A stretch of DNA of 64,000 nucleotides, from NCBI GenBank assembly GCA_009859145.1, contig VRVR01000031.1:1-64000 (forward strand). Direction: 5' to 3'. Origin of the DNA: Andalucia godoyi And28 (taxonomy: Eukaryota > Protista > Jakobida). This document shows positions 47,039 to 56,054 of this stretch, piece by piece (position 1 is the stretch's first letter; every line of letters begins with the position of its first letter). Under the pieces are notes generated by a model. It saw only the letters and a program-made list of their open reading frames with translations. It did no database searches and had not been told where the DNA came from. Both the position numbers and the translations under genes were made by a program.

Positions 47039-49336
47039 ATGGTTTCGTTTAACAAATGCCCTGCCGCCGATGTCTCTACTGGTCTTCACCGCAGCAGCGG
47101 CTCTGTGACATCACTGACGCTACAGCTGTGCAGCGATCTGCGTAAAGGAGTAGATGGGATCTTGTTGCTTGTACCGCGTTTGAGAGAACTGAAAATTTCT
47201 CGGCTTCCTGCAGATGATACCGGGACCACGGACGAAGTGATGGAGGCTGTAGCCAATGCACTACGGCGTGTGCCGCAACTGACACACCTGTCCATTCAAC
47301 AAGTGCGCCTCAGCGACCGCGGAGCGAAGTCTCTCAGCATCCAACTGCAGCAGCTTCCTCGTCTTACGCGCCTCGACTTTTGTCACAACAATATCGGGGA
47401 CGACGGAGTGCGTGCTCTTATGTTAGGAGTGAAGCACTGTCGCAACTGCGTCCATCTCGATTTGCGAGATAACAGGTTCGGTGACCGGGGATTGTTCGAG
47501 CTCTACCGTTTTTGGGCCGAGGGTGGTCAATTCATGAGCTTCAATTCTTCCGGCGACGAAGACGAAGACGAAGTTGGGTCAGACAGCTCCGCTGTGAAGC
47601 TGTGGATGTGTCGTGCTAGAGGTTTTCCAGAAGTCCTGTTCAACACGGCATCCAACAGGAAGGTGTACGATCACGCACATGCTGCGTGGGAGCAACAGCC
47701 GTCTGTTTTCGATGGAAATCAGGGCGTGCAGCAGACTATCATTGCTCTCTCTTCTCAAGTTCCCATTTCCACTCTCCCTGTGCTGTCTGTTGACCACACC
47801 GCAGCGCATCAACTTCATTCCGATATGCGTGAGGAGTTAGCTCAAGAACACATTCGTATGCAGCAGGAATTTGATGCTATGCGGGAAAATATGGCAAAGG
47901 ACTATGAAGACCAGTTGAACGCGATGCGGCAACAACTGGATGTCGAACGCCGCGCCAAGGTCGATCAGCTGACAAACTTTGAAAATTTTGCACAGTCGCT
48001 GATGGAGGAGATTTCATTGATGGGATCGACTTCCAAGTCTGCGTTGCGAGAAGAAACAAGAGTTTTGGCTCAACGGCTCGGCAGTTCGGCCCAGAGCATG
48101 GCCGAACGGATACTTCAACTCGAAGCAGAAGTAATGGGTCGCATTACACAGATGTTTGATGAGCGAACGTCGCAAAGCGAGGACCGGTTTCGGCAGATGC
48201 GTGAGGAGATCGAAGCGCTCCGGCACGAGATCGACTACAGCGTGCTGGTTCGTGAGAACAGGGGTGAGAGCGGATCAGTCGCAGTGCCAGAGATTCGGCT
48301 TCAGGACTTGGAGAACGCAACCGACGCGGTTCGGGACGGAATGCCTGCTAGCTGGGCGCAGCTTGGCTCTGGTGCGTTTGGCCGAGTGTTCAAGACGACA
48401 TGGACAAAGCCCGGTGGTCGCAAAGTGGACGTGGCCGTGAAAGTACCTCTGTCTCCTGATAACTTGTCGAAAGCTGAACGAGACAGAATCACCCGGGAAG
48501 TGCGGATTTTGGCGGAAGTACGACATCGGAACATTGTTGCGTTACATGGCTTCTTACCAAAGCGCGGGTGGATTGTCACGGAGCTCATGGGACTCGATCT
48601 TGGAAACGGTGCCACCATTCCGTGCCTCTGGCAATTCTTCAATCGGATGACGCGCTGCCATTTGGACATTCCTGTGGCCTGGCGGTTGCAATGGGCGCAT
48701 CAGATAGCGGAAGGTATGCGCAAACTTGCGGCGACGTCTATTCTCCATCGTGATCTGAAGAGCAGCAATGTCTTGCTTCGACGTGATGTAGACTGCCCTT
48801 CCGAGGAGTTTCAAGTGTTTCAGGAGTGCCTTCTCCAGAGCGAAAGCGATGATGCGAATGCCAAGGAGCTTTCAGAAAAGCTTGCTAGTCTGTGCTGCCC
48901 GGCTCTAGCCAAGGTATCCGACTTCGGCGAGGCACGATTGTCCTCGTTACAGACCCTCAATACGGAGGGAGCACTGCACGGCCCAGTAGGAACGTGCGCC
49001 TGGGTTGCGCCCGAGATCTGGCAACGCACAATCTCTCCATCTGAAAAATCCGATGTGTTTTCATTCGGCATGATGCTTGTTGAACTGTGTCACCCGGAAT
49101 GGGGCCACCCCTGGTACACCATTTGTGAACATGATGCGGAGCGGATGAAAAGGCTTGTGTGTGATGGTCGTCGTCCACCCGTTACACAGGATGCAGTGAA
49201 TCGCATGCCTCCTGGTTTCGGAGCGCTCATGTCCGAGTGTTGGGACGCGAACCCGGATTTGCGACCGTCGTTTTCTGGAATTGCGGACAGGCTTCAGGAG
49301 ATGCGCCGACAGTCTCTTCTCAGAGAGAACTTGTGA
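47039..49336 (+). CDS. RI-like LRR + coiled coil + TKL protein kinase; an upstream exon is possible
   Basis: 28-residue LRRs (LTRLDFCHNNIGDDGVRAL, VHLDLRDNRFGDRG). Long heptad region. LGSGAFGRV, VAVK, HRDLKSSNVLL, DFG, GTCAWVAPE, DVFSFG, CWDANPDLRPSF. Confidence 0.9.
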   Translation: MVSFNKCPAADVSTGLHRSSGSVTSLTLQLCSDLRKGVDGILLLVPRLRELKISRLPADDTGTTDEVMEAVANALRRVPQLTHLSIQQVRLSDRGAKSLSIQLQQLPRLTRLDFCHNNIGDDGVRALMLGVKHCRNCVHLDLRDNRFGDRGLFELYRFWAEGGQFMSFNSSGDEDEDEVGSDSSAVKLWMCRARGFPEVLFNTASNRKVYDHAHAAWEQQPSVFDGNQGVQQTIIALSSQVPISTLPVLSVDHTAAHQLHSDMREELAQEHIRMQQEFDAMRENMAKDYEDQLNAMRQQLDVERRAKVDQLTNFENFAQSLMEEISLMGSTSKSALREETRVLAQRLGSSAQSMAERILQLEAEVMGRITQMFDERTSQSEDRFRQMREEIEALRHEIDYSVLVRENRGESGSVAVPEIRLQDLENATDAVRDGMPASWAQLGSGAFGRVFKTTWTKPGGRKVDVAVKVPLSPDNLSKAERDRITREVRILAEVRHRNIVALHGFLPKRGWIVTELMGLDLGNGATIPCLWQFFNRMTRCHLDIPVAWRLQWAHQIAEGMRKLAATSILHRDLKSSNVLLRRDVDCPSEEFQVFQECLLQSESDDANAKELSEKLASLCCPALAKVSDFGEARLSSLQTLNTEGALHGPVGTCAWVAPEIWQRTISPSEKSDVFSFGMMLVELCHPEWGHPWYTICEHDAERMKRLVCDGRRPPVTQDAVNRMPPGFGALMSECWDANPDLRPSFSGIADRLQEMRRQSLLRENL

Positions 49337-49896
49337 ATGCACTGTGAATTTTGACGGTCGTTCCAAGCAAGATCGTGAATTCCGTTCTCTCTCATTGCCT
49401 CCCAAGTGACGTGTTCTCAGAATCTCTGTTGAACATGTTTTTTTCATTTTGTTCTTCCTCTTCCTCTTAATTCGTCCATCATCTCGGTAAAAAGGATCAA
49501 AGTATTGTCACCAATTCCTCGTACAGACTCTTGCAACAATCGTTTGCGAAGGTGCGAATGCACGAAAAACGTTATCGGAACTTGTCATCGAAAAGGAGTC
49601 CTTCACATCTGGAGCCGCGGAGTTCAGCACATAGATGTTGCAGAAAACGTTTCTCAATATCTGCTGCGTCGAAAAAAGAAGGCAAACAGGCAATGATGAC
49701 ACTCGTGGTCAGCAAACGATGCGAAACAAACGATAAAGCGCGATATGACGTCGCCAAACGATTGTTTTATTGTAAACAAGACAGTTCATCATTGAGGACT
49801 GTCCGCTCCAAGAATTTGCTGCCGAACATCCATCTGATTCACCGTTTCTGTTCGAATTCTGTGGTGGTGCCCACACGAATTGCATCCCAGTTGCTC

Positions 49897-51861
49897 TTAA
49901 TCGAGCACGACCATCGTGAGCATTGGCACGCCATCCAACTCTTCGACGACAACACGGGTCTTCTTGATTTCAGTTCCACCCACACGATTTGTAATGAATT
50001 CAAGGACGCGGTCGCGGGCCATCTTGATGGCACGGGCACCGGACATTCCTTGACCGTCCTTGTACTCTTTGATCATAAAGGGGCGCATGTTGTCTTCTTC
50101 ATACTCGAACTCGAAGTTACCCACGACCCGGACTTCGCTCTGGGGGCCCGTCATGACAGGTGGTTTGAAAAGCTCGGCCTGCAGCTCGGCCAGGAATTCA
50201 CATGCAATCAGCTTCGCCTCCTCGTCAGTGAACCGCACGAACGGCACGATACGGCTGAACCGAGATACGAGAGCATCGCGCTTGACCGGAAGCAGTTCCT
50301 TGCGCACAAGTGGATTGACGATTGCCGTGACCATTGTCGCCAGGCGCTCCACCGCCTCGGGGCCCTTCGTGAGGTCGAGAAAGTTTGGTTTTTCGCGACA
50401 GAACCGATCCAGCTCTTCTTGGCCCCAGTTGCACGTCAGCAAGAAAATCGCGCCGCGGCAATCAATCTCCTTGTCTGTCACTTGGTTGATGCACCGACCC
50501 TCCTCGAAGATGGGATACAATGCATCGAGGTCTCCGGGGCGGAACTTGTCGATTTCGTCGAGCAACACAACAGATCGCTGACAGTTGAATTTGCTCAAGA
50601 AGGTCACCAGACTGGTTTCGCGATCGGAGCCCACATAGCCACGAGACGACCCCAGCAATGCGTTGCGGTCCGAAATCTGCGAGAGATCCAACCGCAGGTA
50701 CACATCTTTGCCGTCATCATTTGACTGTGCAATTGCGGTGCCAATGGCCTCCGCTAGTTGTGATTTACCGTGACCCGGAAGTCCCGGCAACAGTGCGACT
50801 AACGGCCGCGACAACAGCGCGGCCGAAGCATATTTTGCAAAAATGGCATCAAATAGCATCGTCTGCGCCGCTTCTTGGCCGATGGCGCACAAACGGATTG
50901 ACGGCAGCATCGATAACTGCAGCGATTCCAAGATGTCCCACTTTGTTTCCGAAATTGGGAACAGTCGTTCAGCACGTTGTAAGTAGTACAACATCAGGCG
51001 GCTGCATGCGACGTCTTTTGCGCTGCGACCGTCGGGAAGGGTCATGTTCGCATCAGCACCCATTGACAAGAGGAATCGAACGACCTTGTGGCACTTGCGG
51101 CTCTTCAAGGCAGAAAGAAGCGGCGTGGCAGATGCGCATCCGTTACCGTCCGCACTATGCGTGTTCACATCGGGTTTGAACCGATTCATGTACGACATCA
51201 GTACCTTGAGCATGGCATCGCCGCTGAGTGCCAGCGCCATCAGAATGGACCTGCCTGCCGAGTCGCGCTGATCGCAAACCTTCTCCGCAGGAATCCTTGT
51301 CAGGGCCTTCCAAAACCGCACGGCATCCAATTTCGTGGCGGAGGCCGTCGCGTCATCGACATCGGACTGCATACCGCCTTCATTGGCCGCGGAGGGGCCC
51401 CCAGCAGTCTGGTTTTCCTGCACACACTTCTCGAGCACCGCACAAATACGCTGAAGTCTCTGAATGCGTACGGAGTCATGGGGAGAGTCCTTTGCAACTG
51501 CCCTGAGAACTTTCTTCGAATACGAGAAAAGCTGCGGAGGCGCGGGCGGTCGTTGGTAGTCAACCATGAATCGGATCAGTGACTCATGGGCAAGGTTGAT
51601 CGCGATCATGCACAGCGACTTGTTGACATGCTCAGTGGGGATGCCAGGGACAGCAGACAGATCGCGGTGAAAATCTACGAGATCCCGCACTTCGTACAGT
51701 TCCTTGTGAACTTCAGGCATCGCGAGTCCACCCTGGTGAGCAGCGGTCAACAACTGGAAGACACGAAGCGTCTCCTGGTTCTCCGTCATTTCTCGGGGAG
51801 TGCGCATCGAAGTTAGGGGAGAAGCGGAGAAGTTTTGTTGCGCTCGCAAGTTGGAGGACAT
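49897..51861 (-). CDS. Ankyrin repeats + ClpB-D2-type AAA+ ATPase (Skd3/CLPB-like architecture)
   Basis: ANK-like TPLLSAL...VVRFLLSMGADAN. Walker A GLPGHGKS, pore loop GYVG, Walker B LLDEIDK, sensor-1 LTCN, Arg finger SRF, and GARAIK in the small domain. Confidence 0.85.
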   Translation of the reverse strand: MSSNLRAQQNFSASPLTSMRTPREMTENQETLRVFQLLTAAHQGGLAMPEVHKELYEVRDLVDFHRDLSAVPGIPTEHVNKSLCMIAINLAHESLIRFMVDYQRPPAPPQLFSYSKKVLRAVAKDSPHDSVRIQRLQRICAVLEKCVQENQTAGGPSAANEGGMQSDVDDATASATKLDAVRFWKALTRIPAEKVCDQRDSAGRSILMALALSGDAMLKVLMSYMNRFKPDVNTHSADGNGCASATPLLSALKSRKCHKVVRFLLSMGADANMTLPDGRSAKDVACSRLMLYYLQRAERLFPISETKWDILESLQLSMLPSIRLCAIGQEAAQTMLFDAIFAKYASAALLSRPLVALLPGLPGHGKSQLAEAIGTAIAQSNDDGKDVYLRLDLSQISDRNALLGSSRGYVGSDRETSLVTFLSKFNCQRSVVLLDEIDKFRPGDLDALYPIFEEGRCINQVTDKEIDCRGAIFLLTCNWGQEELDRFCREKPNFLDLTKGPEAVERLATMVTAIVNPLVRKELLPVKRDALVSRFSRIVPFVRFTDEEAKLIACEFLAELQAELFKPPVMTGPQSEVRVVGNFEFEYEEDNMRPFMIKEYKDGQGMSGARAIKMARDRVLEFITNRVGGTEIKKTRVVVEELDGVPMLTMVVLD

Positions 51862-53175
51862 TATGAAAAAGTGGCGATATCGTCCCACAGGCTGTTTCAA
51901 AAAGGATTGAAAAAATACTCAGATCTGCACGCCAAAAAAAAAAAAAACTGGAGATATTTAAATGTAAAAATCACATACTACAAGTCTCCAAATGAAGGTT
52001 TTCTTGCCCCACGAACGCGATAGCACGGTCACTCAGCGGTCAGCAAGCGATCTTCTTCTTCTTCAAGTCGTCCCTTGTGGCCAATTTTGGTTCGAATCAC
52101 ACCTTCTACAACCGGGTTTCTTTTTGAAGTGTGAAAACGGGAAAAGCCAAAAATCAGTGCGACTAGACATGGAGCTGAAAGAAATGACATTTTTTTGACT
52201 AACATTTTATTCTCCCTAACAGAAATCCTGCATGGCGTTGTTGAACGAAATCCATGCCAGCCCGACGAAAATTACCACTTTCATCGGAACGCTGAGATGA
52301 TATATCACATTTTCCGAACTCCAGCGAAAGAATTTTCCTCCACGGGTTCGGAATCCAGTGAATCGTTTAGAACCAGCGGCAGAATTTCGCTGAAATGCCA
52401 GTAGTGATGTCTCGGAGAGCAGAAAATAGTGGAATTATTTGGGACTCTGTTCAGTATTCCAAGTGTTCTGGTTTTTTTTTTGACCTCACGGTCTGCCGTC
52501 ACTTGATGTGACACCAACACAGACGGCTAGATATCTCATGGGAAATAAAAACAAGTGAAAAAACAATGAAACTGTACGCAGTTTTCATCTCTGCTTCGAA
52601 ACGGAAGGCACCCCAAATTCAGCTTCAAATCCGCTCACAACATTCAAAAGGCAACATCGTTTTTGGATTGATCAACGCTGATTATTTTATGAGGAAAGAA
52701 CCTAACCGTTGCAGCGTAAGATACGACTGCATCTTCTTCAGTACGAGAGTTTCAGTTCAAAGATGGCTGTTGAAGGAAAACATGCGGATTGCTGGCAGCT
52801 CGGGACACTCCAGCCGGGGGGAGGGGCGGGTCGGGGGTTTTCTTCACGGCAAGTCATCTATCAGAATCCCAGAAACCCAGAAGGAGCAAGAAAAGCGAGC
52901 CATTTCTCCAGGGTTAGCCGATTACGGATGCATTATGCCGTCGCGATGTGCATCGTCTTCTGTAGAGGTCTTCTTTTACCGGACAGGTGTCCTGCACACT
53001 GGTGCATTGGTTTGAGGTTTCCGAATTCCGAATCCTCAAGAAGCTGACTGTAGAAGTCAATATTTGAAATGTTGAATATTGAAATTTTCAATTTTGAGAA
53101 CTGGAATCGAGCAATGTTGTTCTTGATTTCGAAGCCGGGACAAGTCAGCAACTCCTATTCGTTCTAATAAGAACA

Positions 53176-54981
53176 ATGGCGCGAGGAAATGTCAAGGTTG
53201 AAGACTACTCGCGTTTTCTGCAGGACAGTGACGACGAAGAAGACAGAGACATCAGAACAATGACTGAGAAGGCTGCAGCATGCCGGTCGCCAGTTCCGTT
53301 AGATCTGTCCTCAGCCCTGGATTTCCAGACCAAGAGCGTCTATGGAGTATCATCAGACTCTGCAGATGTTTTCGATGATGTTGTTGCAATGTCTTCAGTA
53401 TCTTCACCTCCCTGTGCTGCCGTACCACCAAAATTCTTGCACATTGTCTCTATTGCTTCGGATAGTCAGTGTCGCGACGATGAGGTCGTGCATTGTAGAC
53501 CAAGACTCCCTCCATCTGACAGTTTTCATCCCATAGCTGACACTGTGCAAAACAGTGGACTCACTTCCCCTTCTGGCACAGTAAAGTGGACATCATCGTC
53601 CACAGGATTGTTGAAGATCGTGAACGTCGAACACTCTTTTTCCGATTGGGAGGAGTCTTCCCATCCTCCTCATTCCTTCTCTAATAGGAAGCGCAGCACC
53701 GGAAGAATTGCCCCCACCGACAACAGTACACCACATGCACACGTTTTTTTGTTGCACGGTCAGAACAAGCATGATCGCTCGGCGATTCCGTTAGTATCGT
53801 TGACAATGTTGAAGTCTACTTTTCCAGCGACCTCGCAGTTCGTGCAACCCGCGGCACCTCAGCCGGTGCCTGTTTTCGATTCAATCAACAGTGATACCTC
53901 CCGTCGCGAAGATTCCTCTGATATTTTCCTTCCCCTTGGCATTGCTCCTGCAAATGCGGGTATCGGCGTCACCAAGTCACGAGCATTGACTGAACCCGGT
54001 GTAGCACACGTCGCACGTCTTTTTTTGCCCTTGGATAGTGATACAGCCGATAATGATTCACAGAACGGCGACGACTCTGAACGATCATCTCCACTGGAGT
54101 GTTGTTCGCACGTTCTACCGATTCGCATTGTCAATGGTGTTGTCCAAGATGATGAACTAGGGCACTGCAAATTGTCGAGTGTGGGCGAACGGTTTGGGAC
54201 CACTGTGAATTCCGACTTTCCAGCCCAACAAGCACATAAACAAGCACGGCATGCTCTCGCGGACCGTGATTGGGGTGCTGAAATGGCCGCGTTGTTCGAT
54301 TCTGAAGAAATTTTCGATGATGATCCGATGCGATGTTTCACGGCAGGCCACGCAGACAGCTCGCGAATGCAAGTTCATTTTGAGGATGCCAAGGCAAAGT
54401 TACGAGCGTCGAACGCTGCTTTGGCCACGTCACTGACAAGTCGGTATGGTGAGCTAGATCGGTTCAAGGAGCGCATTGCACAGGAATCCGCGCATTCACA
54501 CGAAATGCTGATGCAAGACGATGCTTCCACTAAACTGAATGCCACGAGAGCGAAGCAGGACATGGACAACATACTCATGGAAGTGCGGAATGCCATTGAA
54601 AGAGCAGCAGAAGAAGTAGCAGGCAGAGATCAGATGATCGCGCAGAGTCAACAGAGCATTGTGCTGCTGCAGAGGGAATCGGAGGACAAGATGGCTGCCG
54701 TTGAACGGCAGTTTGCGCGCGACAGCGGAGACCAGAAGGCGCAGCTGCGAATGATGGAGGCCCGTTATGCATCGGCGCAAAGCGAAATACAATGGCTCCA
54801 CCTCCAATTGCAGCAAGCTGCCGCAGATCATGTGGTGACCCGTGGATCAGTGGAAGGATTAAACGCCCAATTGAACGAAGCCTCTGCTCTGTTCGAGACA
54901 TCAGGGGCAGAAAAAGCGATTCTGGTGGCTGAGCTGGATCAGGCGGATGCTCGCATGCGTCGTGCTATGGCTAGACAGTAG
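53176..54981 (+). CDS. Ser-rich low-complexity protein with a C-terminal coiled coil; function unknown
   Basis: 601-aa ATG-initiated ORF with heptad-rich last ~200 aa. Confidence 0.7.
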   Translation: MARGNVKVEDYSRFLQDSDDEEDRDIRTMTEKAAACRSPVPLDLSSALDFQTKSVYGVSSDSADVFDDVVAMSSVSSPPCAAVPPKFLHIVSIASDSQCRDDEVVHCRPRLPPSDSFHPIADTVQNSGLTSPSGTVKWTSSSTGLLKIVNVEHSFSDWEESSHPPHSFSNRKRSTGRIAPTDNSTPHAHVFLLHGQNKHDRSAIPLVSLTMLKSTFPATSQFVQPAAPQPVPVFDSINSDTSRREDSSDIFLPLGIAPANAGIGVTKSRALTEPGVAHVARLFLPLDSDTADNDSQNGDDSERSSPLECCSHVLPIRIVNGVVQDDELGHCKLSSVGERFGTTVNSDFPAQQAHKQARHALADRDWGAEMAALFDSEEIFDDDPMRCFTAGHADSSRMQVHFEDAKAKLRASNAALATSLTSRYGELDRFKERIAQESAHSHEMLMQDDASTKLNATRAKQDMDNILMEVRNAIERAAEEVAGRDQMIAQSQQSIVLLQRESEDKMAAVERQFARDSGDQKAQLRMMEARYASAQSEIQWLHLQLQQAAADHVVTRGSVEGLNAQLNEASALFETSGAEKAILVAELDQADARMRRAMARQ

Positions 54982-55341
54982 ATTTCTCATTTTCTAGATG
55001 TGCAACAGGCCCTGTATCTGCTGTCGATAATTAGTCCGTCTCGCAGATTCTCTTTTCACCTCGTATGGGTATGTACACTCAAATCCCATCTCAATTGCCG
55101 TCAAACACGAATCAATGTTGTGGCTTGTGAGCATTCTCTTGTTCGAAACGTATGATGTAAACATTAAAACAGGCTTGAATTTGGAAAACAAAAACAAGAG
55201 ATGTCTTTGACGACCATGCAACGAGCTTGCGAATCACCATGCATTACGTTTTTTACAAAAACATCGTTTTGAGAAAGACAGCAATCATAGAGAGCACCAA
55301 TCTACCAAGAGGTTGGTGACAGGGATGCTGTTGCAATCAAA

Positions 55342-56034
55342 TCACTGCTTGGACTCGCGAACCACAGCTTTCGAGAACTTGTCCGCCGGCACTTCATGGC
55401 CACAGGACTTCCGAACGCTAACCATGCTTGACGTCACCACGAGCTCGAAGAAGTCCTTGGCGTGTGCTGTTCCCAGTTTCAGATCACGAAACACCGGAAG
55501 TCTTCCTCGGACACCTTGATGTTTCATTTCACTGACAACTTCGTCGTAGATATCGCAGCACACTTTTCCATACTGATCCGTACTCACGATATCCTGTTCA
55601 GAATCTCCACAGCGCACCATTGTATAATCCACACGCTTTGTCGCAAGGTCTTTGATCACAGCTTTGAGATCGATGTTGTTAGGGTGCGGTGCGTCGTAGT
55701 AATTGTCATTTCGTGCACCCATTGAATGAAATTCGCGACCATGGGGGGGAGCATCCAACACATGCACTAACACACGATTTGCATTGTGCCAGTCCAGCTT
55801 GGAGACAACATTCAGTCCACCGGCGACGTCCTCTGCAAAATCACCACCTCCTGATGCAGTCACTGACAGCAACAATCGCGCAACCGGACTAGGGTCTTCG
55901 GAGAATTCAGTAGACTGTAAATGATCAGCCTCGCCAATGTCCTTGTAGGAGACGAACGCACTCCGGAATGCAATAACCTGTTGTGGAAAGAGACGATGAT
56001 ATTCCGATTCAATGTACAGGCCAAGTTTCACCAT
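55342..56034 (-). pseudogene. vWA domain of the VwkA/alpha-kinase-associated type lacking its N-terminal MIDAS strand (5'-truncated, or an upstream exon is missing)
   Basis: AFVSYKD, ASGGGDFAEDVAGGL, LDW, LDAPPHG. No DxTxS upstream: an in-frame TAA lies three codons before the ATG. Confidence 0.65.
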
Positions 56035-56054
56035 CTGCTCTTATTCAAACCAAA

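Noticed and set aside
52000-53150. ORFs 52566-53015 and 52709-53047
   Set aside because: AT-rich intergenic character with homopolymer runs and no motifs.
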